A DNA stretch of 63,837 nt, filler included, from Choristocarpus tenellus KU-1152 (lineage: Eukaryota; Protista; Phaeophyceae): assembly GCA_964200185.2 (NCBI GenBank). It is 11 parts of 11 records of this genome, joined end to end, with 100 filler letters (N's around TTAATTAATTAA, not from the genome) between each part and the next. Parts side by side here need not be neighbours in the genome. Positions count along the whole stretch, not along the records: positions 20,938 to 35,304 come from CAXNAD020001216.1; positions 35,405 to 40,646 come from CAXNAD020011378.1; 9 more parts are not named here. One strand, given 5' to 3'. Under the pieces are notes generated by a model that worked only from the letters and a program-made list of their open reading frames with translations, searched no databases and was not told the origin of the DNA. Of this stretch, positions 25,774-40,298 are shown one piece after another. The translations under genes were made by a program, and so were the position numbers. The first letter of the stretch is position 1. Each line of letters opens with the position of its first letter.

Positions 25774-28700
25774 TCAGGCCCATGTATTCTCCAGGAGCAT
25801 TATGGCAACTTGTGAGAAAGAAGGGCGTGCCTCCTGGTCCTTCCAGCATGCCAGCATCAGCTTCCTGTGAGTATCATGCACAATACCATTAGAAAATATA
25901 CAGGGTAAATCTTTCAGATACTGCCTACTAATGCACTTCGTAGTTTGGGTAACAATAACAATACTACAATAGTGAGTAAGAGGCAGCTCACTTGAAAATA
26001 ATGAACTGGCATGCACAGAGATGTATGTAAAGAAAAAGAATCTGCTCCTCTTGAAATTAACCTAAGCAAAACACGCAGAGAAACAAGGCCAATAGTTCAA
26101 GGAGGTATATAGCATTGATAAACAGCACTACAGGCCAATGAGATTGAGAACAATGCTGGTCATAGAGACAAATTGATGAGAAGATGGACAGAAAATGTGT
26201 AACCTCATCACAGACTCCACAACACACATTGCGTTCACATCACAAGAGGAATCCATTGCAACCTGGGCTTGGTTTTGTCAAACAGACAAGGGTATGGAAA
26301 CAACAAATCAACTGTAAGACCAACCCATCATTCATATCATATTCATCAGCAGCTTGGTCCCAGGTGCAACCCATTCTGCACCACCTCATATTTTCTTCCT
26401 TCTTTATACGGTACTGGCATCTAATGCGGTACTCTCCCTTTTTCTCTACCTCCTCACTTCAGCATCAGTTTGGACAGTTCAAGGCGCAGAAAATTTACCT
26501 CACCAGGAAGATTTTTCTTCCAACTTCTCAGTAGGCGGCGTAGAATATGTAAACTAAATCGGAGAGCATCGAGATATTAGGACAACCTCATCATGAGGTT
26601 TGCAAGATCCCAACAAAAAATTTCAAAAACTGTTCAAACTGATGCCGAGCAGAAGAAGTATGCAAATATTATTTCACGCTGTAAGTGATTTCTTCGTTAA
26701 ATATAAACACCTGCAAAAACAAGAGGGATAGTTCATGCCATGAATTTATTCGAACAATAGCCCAGTTAGCAATAATAACAATTATTACTGTTTTGTATTA
26801 CTTCTAAAGTATATTTGAAGAACGACTATCATGAAGATCACCATTCAAACAACCCAAGAAGAACAAAGAGAAACAATCAAATAACATTATTAGTAGGGTT
26901 GGGGATGAGAGACAAGAACATCTCACGTGGCTCCAAAGGGGCACCCCTTAGGAATGGACAGCTGAACACCAGCCATCACCCTCCGCATGACCTCATCTGT
27001 CGGATAGTCTTGCCATGGACGATTCCCCTCCCCACACATCACTTCCCACACAATGACTCCAAAGCTGCTCCACATTCACAAGAGTATCAAATGCAGTACC
27101 AAATATATTGGAATCATGGTGAAAACAGCAGCAAAATAGATAACATAAAGTCAGTGACAAAAAATGAAAATGTACATCCAATTTGCTCCAATGTAGCACA
27201 GGAGGTTATTCTGTCAGCCCACAGTATCTAAAATGCCTTTTGTGCTGAGTCCATCCTCTTCAATTCTGGCATATTTTCCCTACAGTCTCATCACTAGCAG
27301 TGCAGATTCACTTATCTGCAAAATACTATATTTATTCCCCCTAACCGTGCTCCACCCTTCCTGACAAGCTCCTCAACAGAGGAACTCAAAACATCTCAAA
27401 ATACAAACTTTGCCAGCAGAAGGGGGGAGCCATGCGCAGATTTCCTGGTTGGTTGCTATTGGGAAATTGGAACCGAAAAAATGGAAGCCTTTTGACCTTG
27501 CACAAGGTGTGAGGACTACACAACATCAACGCCTTGAAGACCTCGCTCACCTGTACACATCAGACTTCTCAGTGAAGACGTCAGTCTCCGCCCCACCAGA
27601 CTTGAGCAGCTCAGGAGCCTTCCAGTACAACGTGCCCCCACGGAAGCTGGAATTGGTAGCACTGCTGGATATTGCGTCCCTTGTCTTAGACATACCAAAG
27701 TCAGCAACCTTGCTCACGAGAGATTGGGTTGGTGAGCGGAGAGGTTGGTCAGTTGGGGAGACAAAGAGTCACTGAGATGACCACACTCCTTACACAGATT
27801 GCTCCAACCTCTAATCCTATCATCAGGACAATTTAGTAACAATCATCATGCTTGAAAAGCTCTACATACACACAAGCTCAAATATAGCATGCATACATTC
27901 ACTGACCAGTGAAATTTCAAAACCTGTGTGTGCTCAGAGCGTATACTATGCTGATCTAGTCAATGGGAGGTACTTCATCTGCGTAGGTCGATAATGTCCC
28001 CTCTCCCTTTTCTTGCTCTCTCACACACATACACTAAGAGTTAAAACCAATACTTTTGTCGTTGTCCAAGTAAGTGTAACAATCTTCTATCCAAATCAAT
28101 AAATTTCCAAGTGTTCCTGATACAGATGCAAGCAAAGCTCAAAACTGCATGGGTTGCTGATTTTGAAAAAAATAGGAAATGGAAACCCAACTACCTATGG
28201 AGGGGTCGATGGGCCAGTACGAGGTGTGTTGTTCATAGTATAAGATGAATTCATCACACTGTCGTCCATTTCCTTAACTGACCAAACCTCAACCTCATTC
28301 ACATCCCAACAGGAAGGGTCAGTTTCACCTTGGCCCGCCAATCATGGGTGATCAAAACGTTGAGGCTCTTGAGGTCACGATGCTGCACGTAATGCTGGTA
28401 GAGGTAGCACTCTGCAGTCACTATGTCGCTTAGGATGGATTGCTTGATCATAACAGTCAGCTTTTTTCTTTCATTAGGATCCTTGACAATAAAACCACCA
28501 AAATGAATGAGAGATGAAAAGTGGGTTAAATGGTACAGACAGTGACTTCAGGTGCCACAATCAACTCAAAATGTGATGAGATCCAATTACAAAAATTCGG
28601 CATCAATACCACCTGAGTAGTACTTGTGGTCACGCCAAGGTGAAGGGTTAGGAATAACGTGTGAGAAGCATCATTTACAGGGGAAAAAAGAGCCAATATG

Positions 28701-29766
28701 TGTCACATCCAGGCAGTTAATCAGATACCTTCATTCCACAACATCCAGCCAATCAGACACCTCCCTCCTCCGACATCCTACATCTCCAGTCTTCATATTT
28801 TGCTATTGTAGTAGAACAGGATGCATTGCCACGCATTAAACATGCGTATATATACGCACATATCAGTTCACCGCCTTAGCTCAACAATCAAGCCTAACAA
28901 TGAAGAGAAACAAAAATATTCATTTAGAACCTAAGGACAAAAGAAAAGCATTTTTACAGATCAAAGTATAACGCGCCAAAAAACAATCCAATCAATCCGT
29001 GCACAGCACCATCCGCATAGGATCCTGGATGAATCACCTCCAGCACAGAATGGAGACTCCCTCGTTCAACAAACTCCATGACCAACCCCACCTCCTCAGA
29101 GCTAGTGAAAGCTCCAAGCACTTCCACCACATATGGGCTATGCATCTTGGACATGATATCCAGCTCCTGCTCAATGTCGTAGATATCAGGATGGGTATGG
29201 AAGATTGTCGAAGGGGTAGGGGGAAGTGCACTAGGGCAAGGCTGGTGGTGGGTAGCTTATGCTGTGGTGACTACGACACTTATGCACTAACAAAAGCAAA
29301 AAACAATGCATAGAAAAAATAGAAGCGCATTCTTAGTGCGTAGGTACAACTTAAATAGTAGTTTTGTATTACAGAAAATATATATTCTAATTTCAAATTC
29401 ATAGACACTCAGAGTACTTCTAAATACATGTGTACACACGCAAACATTTCCTCCGCCAACCACAATTGCATATACTACTCCAACTGATTTGTCCCTTTGA
29501 TTGTAAACTTGCATCAAATTAACTGGCAATCCTATACGACCAAGAAATTCTTGAAATTCTTGAAAACCAAATGCACTACAAAGGAGAACCAAAACAGAGA
29601 TAAGGACATGACCATCATTGCAACCAAAGAAGAATAAGCCCTATTAGAACAGGACGCTCTACAGCATCTTTGCTGAGCGTTCACAAGGTGGCACCTTTAC
29701 GAATCGCCCGAAGACCTTGTCAACCTGTGATTTACCGGTGATACCCAGGTTCTTGATGCTAGTTAC
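25774..29766 (-). CDS. TKL-group protein kinase, subdomains III-XI through the stop codon (5' exons not found)
   Basis: Exons (minus): 29766-29695 VTSIKNLG...FGRFVK; 29166-29038 ELDIMSKMHSPYVVEVLGAF...LVMEFVERGSL; 28481-28329 ...HRDLKSLNVLITHDWRAK; 27708-27551 VADFGMSK...GGTLYWKAPELL...TEKSDVYS; 27064-26927 FGVIVWEV...PW; 25864-25774 KLMLACW...RPSFSQV...*. All introns are GT-AG and in frame. Confidence 0.93.
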
Positions 29767-30289
29767 CTGTCACAGCCCAGCCCAGCAAAAGCGCTCAGTA
29801 AGGGAAACAGTAAGAGTTACATAATCAATGTCATCATATTTAGAGGTCGCGCTTGCAAATCCTAAACAGATGGCTTTCCCGATCCTCTTCTTACCAGTGA
29901 GAGGATACAAGGACCGCCTCTCTTTATATGACAGTTGGAATAAAACAATCTTACTGCCAGCAGCAGGGGTTCAGCAAACAAACTCAACAGGAAAAACGAA
30001 GATTGAAAAGGCTGCTTGGGAAGAGCACACAACTTGAGGGGTCACGTGATAAACCGTAGAGTAACAAAAATAGGAACCAGCCCCCAATTTTATCAGGATA
30101 ATGAGATACCAAACTACACCACCATGGCACTTCCTGTAGAGGCACAATTGATTTCTCCCAGTGATACAGTTAGTTCTCAATATCTCAATAATTAGGGTAA
30201 CAACTAATGAACACTAATAATAGTAATACCTCCTCTATCTGGCAAGATTATCACAATTTGGATTTGTGGAAATATTGTGAGCATTTGGG

Positions 30290-31000
30290 TCAATGTTTAG
30301 GTAGTGTGGGCCCTGTGCTACATGTTGCGGGCAAGAGGCTTGTGGTCATGAAGGAGGTACTTCTGACTGTCCTTGCAAATGAAAACCACTCCTCATCCAC
30401 AAAGCCTTTGAAATGGTGGAAACACTTCGAGCCACAAGGTTTCTCAGTGATCCAGCGTGGTTCCCACCTCAGTTGTAACTTGCACTCACAAGTGAGCGAC
30501 GGATAAAAACAGGTTGAGGCACCCTATACCCAGTCTTGCCATCTGATTGGCTGTTTTGTTTGGTGAACGATCACTTGATTTATTTTGGTTGATCATGGCA
30601 TCATGAAAACTTTGAAGCAGTACCAGAGGCAAGATCTTTGGTATGGTTTCCAAGTGGGGGCTATGTAGTGGTCTGAGATTTGAGTTGGGTGCCTTGCTTT
30701 CAGATTGAGGTATTTGTTAAGTCAAAAAGCTTCTTTATGTTGTCGTACAGAGTGAACCATGGGATACCTTGCCAGGGTGCAGTGCTTCATGTATTTCTTT
30801 TTAGGGAATTTTTTCGTGGGCAACACCATAGGTTGTTGAGGTTGACACATTTGAGGCCGGAATTCCCCTCCTGCCGCATACTAATAGCGGCATCCGTAAC
30901 CAGCGCCTTTCTGGGTCTTGTAGGCCTTCCAGAACCTTGACTGAGATCACTGGAGTATTGCTCTCAAACATCTTGGCAACTTGCTTGATGTCAACGTTTA
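30290..31000 (-). mobile_element. Mariner-like (DD39D plant/oomycete type) transposase relic
   Basis: Minus strand FHHFKGFVDEEWF/ICKDSQKYLLHDHKPLARNM*HRAHTT resembles the family pattern F..F..VHVDEKWFY...YL...E..P.R.VQ.K..ITK. Frameshifted; upstream boundary approximate. Confidence 0.65.
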
Positions 31001-31988
31001 TCAAGAAGCCACTCTTGTTGCATGAAGCAATTCCTGAATTGCCCTTCTTTCAACCAGCGGAACATTCTATATTTTGGTAGTCTCAAGCATATTCCAAGCA
31101 GTGCATGAGCCAAGTGTGCGAATGTATGGGCTCTGATCAGGAATTTCAACTTGAGGTATTGGCTTCATCGTTATTCAGGGTTCTCTGTCTTCCACAATTA
31201 CGCATGTCACTTGAATATGATATTACAACGAACCAATTGGACTGCACTCTTCACAGTGGTGAAGTTTGTTTGAAAAAATCATCGAAGGGAGTGAGTTATA
31301 TAGTGTGATGTCCAAATCGTGACTATATTACCTATACCACGCATATGTAGCAAGGATTTAAAAAAAAATGGAAAAGAAACAACAACAGCATAGAAGTTTG
31401 TTCTTTAACTTCAAAAACATATCTCTCACCTCCTGTATTGGTACTTCCGCAAAAAATATGAAAATGATTTACAACGGTCTCAACCATTGGTACAATATAG
31501 AGAGGAGAGGAGAGTGAAAAAAGGGGCCTAAGTGAAACTGTCGTTGAGGCTATGGAAAAATTAATAGGTTCCTAACTTGACACTAAAGTACATATTTTAT
31601 ATGTGGGAGTGGGAGGAAAGTCAGGCATAGTAGTAGTAGTCTGTCTCCTCTCAAATGCCTAATATCATATCAAACGTGCTTGCTTGACGAACAAAAGCAT
31701 GGCTATCTTAATGAAAAAATCACTTTATTTCACAACTGAACAAGCAACAGATTCAAAGTAGAAAGCTCTTACTCTATTCATGATGCATACTGTGCAATAT
31801 AGGCTGGTAGTCTGTATGGTTTACATATGCTTAGTGACCACTACTAGACAGCAGATATGTTGACTAAGTAGGACAAGTGTTATTGAGTTGTTATCGTGTG
31901 CTGAGTGTAATAGGTTCGACTCTCAGATGGTTGATTTCTTATTACTTGATATAAATGGATTGATGGAGGAATATTAACGTAGTACTAG

Positions 31989-32292
31989 CTAGCTACACAG
32001 GATAATTGACATAATACGACCAACGGCAGGACACATTTTGATGTGTCAGCTGACATGTGCAATAAGATAATAAGAGAGAGCACCCCCCAACTCAAGGGAT
32101 AATGCTCACTCCGCTAATAAATACATCCATACCACATAAACTAGCTACACAGGATAAGTGACATAATACAACCAACGGCAGGACACATTTTGATGTGTCA
32201 GCTGACATGTGCAATAAGATAATAAGAGAGAGCAACCCCCAACTCAAGGGATAGTGCTCACTCCGCCAATAAATACATCCATACCACATAAA
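31989..32292. repeat. Tandem duplication of a 152-bp unit (2 copies, few substitutions)
   Basis: 31989-32140 and 32141-32292 both start CTAGCTACACAGGATAA and end CATACCACATAAA. Confidence 0.95.
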
Positions 32293-34399
32293 GCAAAGAT
32301 TCTATTGAATAGCTTTCTTTTTGCAAACATACATACACAAGACAACCCTTACTCATCACAAATTCAATCAGACTACTATTACAATAAAATATATTACGAA
32401 CAATAGTCAAAAGCTCCGTCACAGAGGGATCCCCCACAACGCCAAAACATGTGTAACATAGTTTTGTTTGTGTATCACACTTCCTGAAATTTTGTTTTGC
32501 AACTTATTCCAGCTGTGGTGCACCCAAAAAGGGGTGAGGTATAGCTTGGACAAAAATAAAAAATAAGGGTCGTTCCTTTGGTGTTCAGCTCGATGCAACC
32601 TGTGATCAGTGTCCATAATTCATAGGTTAAGTACGCATGAGTTCAGTGCACCTGGAGGCATTTGTGCATGCAATCGGTTCTTATTTTGGTGCGTACGCCT
32701 GTGACTACTGTGTGCGGGATTGGGAGGTTTATCTCCTTCACAGATCTACGGAGTGGACTTTGTTTGAACCCTTCTTTTCCCGTGGTTCACCGATGTCAAT
32801 TGCTGTGTTGCTTGGAATTAACCTTTGGTATGGGTTCTAAGGTAAGCTCAAGCACATTGAAGTCCGCTAAGTTACAAGTTGAGAGTACAGATCAGCTGGT
32901 CGAACTTAGCACCCTACCAAATTCTTTCCCAAATGTTAGTTTCTTTATCATTTTCTACCAAGAAGGGTCTGCAGATACATACAATGTACTGCCAAGGGTA
33001 TGTAACGCTGATGAAGGAAACAAGGGAGTGTTTTGGCACTTAGGACGCTGAGAAAGATGTGCGGTAGTGGAGGGGTAAGATGAATCTCCGTGCCTGTGAG
33101 GCTGTCGCACTTGAGATGAACTGTTACGGATTGGACTGTGCTCGATCTTGGAGCGAGGAAGGTTGCACTTCTACTCCTTGGGGCAGTGGGTGTCTCCATC
33201 AAGCCTGTGGGATTGCTTAAGAGAGGTCAGGGCTTCGACGACCATGCACAAAAGTAAAGGAGGATCATGTCTTGTTGTGGGCACCAGTCCGCCTGCAACA
33301 CAGGAGTTCCACCAGCAACCCAAGTAAATCTGTGTCCCTCCATCGACTTTTCTCGCGCATTTTTGTGTCATTTCTAGTAGCGGAGGACGATAAACGAACA
33401 TCCACCTCCACTCAGACCAAGACTACCTCTCCTGGTTTAGGGGAGGCTATGTGCATTCAGCATCATACCACTCCATTCCAAGCAAAGCTGCTCTAAAGTT
33501 GCAAAATTCGGTGTGGAGAGGGTGAGGGCCTTCAGACATGAAAACTCCTTCATGGCCTGGCTTTTGTGTGACAAAACTCAGTCTTAAGTGTCCACTGTCC
33601 TACCTCACTCCAACCCTCTCCTCTCCCCCACCAACCTTCCGCGATACCTCCAAGGCCCTCCAAACCCCTTGCCCTTGAAGTTCTGAACCTTACCCTTTTC
33701 ATAAACCCACCCTCTCACCATAGTGTTCTACGCGTGTCCATTGTAAATTGGTGGCGATGATAGCACCACAATACTAACCTCTGAATTAAAAAAGCATCTT
33801 TGTCAAGCTTTTCAGATTTTGATTTACACCTCACTTCCGCTGTGGGCACTAAGAGGACTGTGTAGCTTGGATAAACATTGAAAACAGTCGATCCTCTTGG
33901 GGTCAATATTGTTGAGAGCGGTGATCAGTGCTAACTGCAAGATCTACTAGGGCTTCATTTCAAGCCCTGTACAAGGGGATAGCAAAATATGTGTTGGACT
34001 AAGTGCACTGAGGTGTCACCTTCGTGCCAGCAGATGTGAACTGATCAGCTCACTGAGGGAACCTTCTATTGCATCAAAGGCCTCGATCGCCAATGTTGCC
34101 TTGAACCACATATGCAGCCGCTAGGTGTCCATTATCCACTTGTACCTGATTCAGGGCTGAAACCATTAAGAATCTTGTGCAGCATTAGGAGTGTCACCTC
34201 CTAGTACAGTTTGTAGGTGTTTTGAAGTTTTCATTTGTACCACACCTGACTTGTGGTGACTGAGAGTAGTGCTTTGCACCTTGAAACAAAGCTCTGGCGC
34301 AGGGCAAGAGGTGGGTTCAAGGTCACAGAGATCTGTGACCCGTACCAGTGAAGGTCAATCTTTCATCTGCCGAATTAACCACCCTCAAGAAATCGCCTC

Positions 34400-34760
34400 G
34401 GAAATGTACACAGGGTCGATGATTAATATTTATAATGTGCTACAAGGAATGTGATGCCCATGGTACTGGATGTTGATGACGGTAACAGGAACATTGTGTG
34501 GGAGTTGAGGAATCGACTGACCTCACATGCCTATAAAGACGCCACTCCAGAGATGGGACTATTTTACCCACAGATTTTGCATCTTGTACGGAAAAGGTTA
34601 CAGTTCCAAGCCTTGTAACAGTGGGCGTTAACCAAGCCCATGGGATCGGTTCAGGGTGTTCGGTACATTGAGAAAATGTGCAGAAGAGGAGGAAGTGGTC
34701 TGAACTTGACCAGCAAGCCCGACTACATACTTGGGAATGGGGGTACCACCCGTGGCCCAA
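34400..34760 (-). mobile_element. MULE/Mutator transposase relic (SWIM zinc finger)
   Basis: Minus strand QCSCYRH... then, across frameshifts, GI/PC/HII, matching the SWIM motif CxC...GIPCxH. Confidence 0.5.
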
Positions 34761-35615
34761 TTGACTTTTGTGTCATTCCTTCATTCTAGTTCTGTTTTCT
34801 GTCGTATTTCTCAGCTATTCTTTTGACAAGAAGGATGAACACACAATCATCTTCACCACACACCTCCAAGGTTGAGGGAGACTACTGACGTACAGGTGCA
34901 GTCAATGTAGTAACTGGAGTCAAAGTTTACCAGAGGTAGCCAGGTTTGCATTTTAAGGATGTCAGCAAGGAGAAATGCAAAATCCGGCTTTTTTACAAAT
35001 GTGTATAGGATACTTCAGAATTTTGTCAAATATTTCCAAATAATAGAGAAATCAACTGACTTAATTCATACTTGGCACTACATTCATAGAAATATTGGTG
35101 AATTGCAAAAGATAAAAAACTGGCTTCTAATGCAAAACGACCTAAAAGTGACTATATATTGTCTAATTTGGCCCACAAGCCATTCGATGTTATAAAATAC
35201 AGCAAGTCCAAGCGTATGGGGGGGGGGGGGGAAACAAACACGAAAAAAAGGAAGGGGGAATAAAACTTTATTTGCACCATTAAACAAAAGGGACCCCATG
35301 GGTTNNNNNNNNNNNNNNNNNNNNNNNNNNNNNNNNNNNNNNNNNNNNTTAATTAATTAANNNNNNNNNNNNNNNNNNNNNNNNNNNNNNNNNNNNNNNN
35401 NNNNTTTGCCCGAACCCGTCCCCCCTTTCCACCCACCCCCCCCCCCCCAGATACTTTGACCCTTTCACGCTTCCATACCTTCACTTATCACTTGTCATTT
35501 TTTGTAGGGTTAGGGTTAGGCATCAACAGTGTGCACCAACGGTTGCAATACCAACTACTGTTGCCTAATACACTAAATCCCTGTGATAGGGCTGAGTCAA
35601 ATATACAACTTCAGT

Positions 35616-35878
35616 GAGTGAAACTATCTTAGAGGGTACGAATTTTTCCCTGTTTGTCCATTTGTGGGGCTTGGCTTCCCATGTTTTTTTTATATGAAAA
35701 TTTCCGACTCCAAAATGTTTCGGAGTAGGTAAAATGTATACGTTATGAAAGGTGTGTCTGAAACATAGATATTGACACACTTCCTAACAGACATGATAGC
35801 CAAAATTTCATCAAAATCACTACATTGGATTTTGACCCCCAAATGGACGCGGCTCTACCCTCTAAGATAATTTGGCTC
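35616..35878 (-). mobile_element. MITE family A copy
   Basis: GAGTGAAACTATCTTAGAGGGTA...TACCCTCTAAGATAATTTGGCTC; no matching TSD. Confidence 0.88.
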
Positions 35879-36417
35879 AATAGTTCATACTTTCTTCTCC
35901 CAAGATTACATTAAAAAAAACATATATTAGGCACTACAGAAATTCTTGCGTCAATTTTTAGGGAGAAACTACCATGTCCAAAACAACTTGGAAAACATAT
36001 TTGTGTCTTCATTATCTAGGATTCGAGATTGTGCTCACATAACCAGGATGCACTCTTCCCAAAATAATGTAAAATGCAGTAGTCTTGCATCCAGTAAAGA
36101 GTATGTTCTTATTTCTTGAAGACTGGGCCTAGCTCCAATTGAATAGATCTGAACTCCATGACTGCAAGGCCTTGGGGTGGGCGGAGAGTCTCATTATCAA
36201 TGACTCTGATTTAGACATTTCTGAAATAGACATTGTTCAATTTTTTCATTGCTTTTCTATTTTTCCCTACTCTATGTTGGTGTGCCTAGGTGTGGCAGAT
36301 AAACGGAACGTTCCTACCCTGTCCTCTCATGCAAAAAGGTTCCTATACCTGCCATGACCAAGTTTCCTACTACTTCTTTCCCTGTGCAATTCTTAATTGG
36401 GTCACTTGGCTTACTAG

Positions 36418-39400
36418 GCAAGAACTGCTGAAAAGCAGTCCAGCAGTCATATTAAATTGATTGAGGAGGAGCTAGCTGGCTTAGAGAGGTGAGGGGATTG
36501 AAGAAAGGCATAGAAGACCATCACTGGGAATGAGATGACTTGTTTATCTCTACCGCATTGTACTCTACGTTAGAGTACAATTGTTACACAAGAAGGATGT
36601 AATCCTGCTTGTGACCTCCATTACATGGATATTGATGTGATAAACATTTCGTGGTGGTTGAACCAGAACAAACCATGTGGGCATATTGGTTTTGGAAGGA
36701 TCCCGGTATTGTGTCCAACATCAAGTACTGTGATACAACTATTCCAGTGGGGAAGATACCAGTGGAACAGGGGGATCTCGACACCTGACCTAACCAGATG
36801 TTGTGGGAATGAACACCCTGATCGAACAGTGGTATCTCAATAACTTCCAATATCACAATTTGCGGGTTCAAAACTGGGGTGAACCTCTCCCCGGATTTCG
36901 TACTGTTGGAGGATAAAAACAGAGTGAGAGGAAGGGTCCAGGGCACAGACTCAAGGGGAAAGTGGAGATTGAGATTACTGCTTGGGGAAAGAGAGCAAGC
37001 GACTAGTGATGGTGCATGGATCAACTATGTTGGATTGCTCCTGGTCTCTGATTTTGTCAATATAGAGGTCACGTTTGCCTGTTCTTAGAACTCAAGCTGT
37101 CTCAAATCAGGACAGGAGTTGGCATTTAGAGGAAATCCCATGGTTCTTGCATAGCTAGGAATGGACACACCAGCAAGAGGGCTGTAGGTCTAGCATGTTG
37201 AACCCCTTACATGCAGTGCAAAAATACTGGTGTTTGTGGTCATGTATTGGGATGAAATAGTCATAATGATGCAAGGAGATCAAGTGCAGGGGCTTTTCCT
37301 GATAAAATTTATTTCTGCAACATTGCCACGTTCTGTTGGAAAAAAAACTGATAAAATTCCAGGTTTTCTTCTCACCGCCTTTTCTTTTCTAAAAATTTTA
37401 AACTCTACAATTCTTCAACCCTTTGACTGCAGACTGGCTTGTTGAATGTTCCCACCACTTTGCACACATGCGCACACCGTGAGGCCCATAGCATCATAGA
37501 GGGGGAGGTGGGATTAAGGCCAGGTCATACATTCGAGACTTGATGGGGTGCTCTAAGAATGACCCAGTTTGATGCCGTTTTGCGGGTGATTTCCTTCGGA
37601 TTTTGTCCATTAGGGTTAGGGTTAGGGTTAGGGCAGGGGGATGGAAAAGGAAGGCGGGTATAGATGAAAGAAATTGCCCTTACATCTGACACGTTCACTA
37701 GAATGACAAGAAAATCACTATTGGCTCAAAAAGGTCCAAACAGACGCCTGATCCCTCGTCTAGGACAATGTGGACCTGGGAAGGAGCATAGTCATGAATA
37801 TGCACATACAGGCAAAGCTAAAGTCTTGAAAGTAGAATCTTGACCAGAAAAAGGACAAAGACTAGGTCCTTTCCTCTTTATCCCTGCAGGCCATTCTTGG
37901 TTGAGCCGGTTCTACCTGTAAGTAAGTAATCTAATCACTGCACAAAACTACTAGGCGGGATGTTTGATTATATATCCTCTAGGTTAGGTTCATCTTGTGT
38001 GACAATGTTTATACACTTGTCCCAAAATTCCACTCTCTACAATTTTTTTCCCAAAATTTCCCCATCATGGAGGTGACCAGCCTCTGCTCTGCGTAGAACC
38101 AAAGCAATACGTTACTGTCCATCTCTCAAATGTTAACTTCAACATCCAGACTGACTAGCAGCAACAGCCTACAAACTGTTTTTTTCCCCACCATTGTGCC
38201 ATTGATCTGAAAAAGATTTCGCGAGGCCAAGGACACCCATGAAAAAGGTATGGAGGAACTGGTGGCACGCCTTACTGCTCAGGAGGCCGAGCACGAGGAG
38301 AACATGACAGACTTAGAAAGGAAATTTCTTACAGAAAAGGCTGTCCTGCAAAAGGTAAGCAGTATACAAGGGCGTGGGCAGAGCACTGCCACAGTTCTAT
38401 TGAATTGACTGGAGCAAAGGAAGGACAGGGTAATGGACTGGAAAGATGGATGGAAAACAAAAGAGGGAGGCGACAGAAAGAGGACCGAGAGATTGTGGGA
38501 AATAAAAAATGAGATTAGTGAAGCGATTTGTCTCCTGTTGTTCACCTGTGAAGGCTTGTTGAAGTCGCGAAAAGGTACAGCACAGTGGATGACACAACAC
38601 AGCTTTTCTGGTGACTGTGAGAGGGGCATTGTGGGAGTGGATGGTGAGTATAGAGAGATGACTGACTGACATTGCACCCTCCTTAGCACCCCCTGACATG
38701 TGAGTAGCAAATACTTTGGCTTCTATCATTTTATTTTATTATCGCATTCCTATGATGTATTAATGGGGTCCTCCAGAAATATGATCACATGTGAAAAATC
38801 GTGATGAGAAGAGCACTGCAACAGACAAACTGTTGGCATTCGCATTTTGAATTATTGCACTCAACCCTTTAAAAAAAAATGGAATCAACACAAGAAATTG
38901 TTGCTGCTAGTGTTTCGGATGGCTGGGCACAATATTTACTGGTGGCCCCTGAGAGTGAAAATCAAACAAATCCCCTGAAAAAATAATGTGTTTGCCTGAA
39001 GGACCTTGAGCGTGTGGTGGAAGAGGTGAAGCAGCAGGCTAAGATAGAGGCCCATGCTAGTCTCAGTGGAGAGACAAAACGAATCGTGATGGAGAACAAG
39101 AGCATGGCCAAAGAGCTGCGGTTTCAGCTCCAGGTAAAACAGTATGAAAGACCTTGCAGGGATACCAAGACTCCTCCTGAGCCTCCCAGCTGCTACCATG
39201 TAGTGCCCTATCACATTCTAGAGCACAATCTGCGGTGGAGTTTATCCTTGTGTGTCATTCACTCTACTCATGTTTGAGCAATACACTTAGTGCCTGTCCC
39301 TATCTACTTGATACTGTACCTCTAAGGAAGTGAAGTAATGTAGTGAGTGACTTCCGACAAGCACAAGGAGACGAAAATTGCCTACCCGATTTTGTGAAAC

Positions 39401-40298
39401 GATCACTTACCTCCTTCTACACACGCTTCCACTGGCGGTTAGAGTTTCATTGCCACTTCTAAACTCGATCCTCAGTTAGGGTTAGTCATAGGGCAGCTGT
39501 CACGAGGGTCTCTGCATTGCCCTGAAGTTGGTCCGTTCTGTCAAAACATGCCCGATGTAATTCATAGGGCAACTGCAAGTCCTAACTATCAAGACCAGTT
39601 TTGACAGCGCCAGAAAATTAGTCCAGTAGTACTAATTTGGGGTTAGTAGCATTAACTTCTGCAACTTGCAGAGATTTCATGTACTCCCCGAGAGAGGATG
39701 TCCTTCATTCTCATTCTCATGAGGAATGTCAACATAGACCCCAAATCATCACACACCAGGATTCAACCCACGCAATAAAACAATACCATAGTGTTATTAT
39801 TATTGGCAGTGCAATGTCCAATAATAAAAACTTACATTAGTTCAATAGCATCATGATTCCAGCCAAAATTTGAGCGGCAGGTGAAATGATTTGACACAAA
39901 AAACCTTCCCATTGATAGAATAGCCCCCATCTCACTCACACGTAGCAAAAAGGAGGTGAGAACCTTCACGGGTGTGGAACTGTTCATGCAATTCATTCTT
40001 TCTAGCCCTCTGCCCTCAATTTTTTCATGCCCTCAGCTCCATATGTCCTTCCTTGCTGCAACATTGAGTGTCATGGGGGCTATTCTTGTGTCATTTTCGT
40101 CCAACGTCCCTGTTGAAACTTCCATGCTACTCTGCAAAAAAAAGATGATACTGGCCTGTATGTTTCCAGATAACAGCTGAGCTGCAAGCGCACACATCGC
40201 AACTAGAGGAGGAACTGGCTTCATTCCGCCGAGAAGTGACAGTCCTCAAGGACAAGGACATGGAGTATGCCAGGCAGGGACAAGCCAAGACAAGAGAG
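36418..40298 (+). CDS. Coiled-coil ciliary/basal-body protein, CFAP157/BBOF1(DUF4515)-like, internal exons
   Basis: Exons 36418-36488 ARTAEKQSSSHIKLIEEELAGLER; 38216-38354 FREAKDTHEKGMEEL...LERKFLTEKAVLQK; 39002-39133 DLERVVEEVKQQAKIEAHASLSGETKRIVMENKSMAKELRFQLQ; 40170-40298 ITAELQ...EYARQGQAKTRE. The GT-AG splicing is in frame. Family assignment rests on the LERKF..EK and EN..M..EL pattern and is less certain than the gene itself. Confidence 0.75.

Noticed and set aside
30040-30100. KLGAGSYF...VY as the missing kinase glycine loop
   Set aside because: Spacing is wrong, no VAxK follows, and no splice sites join it in frame to the 29766 exon.
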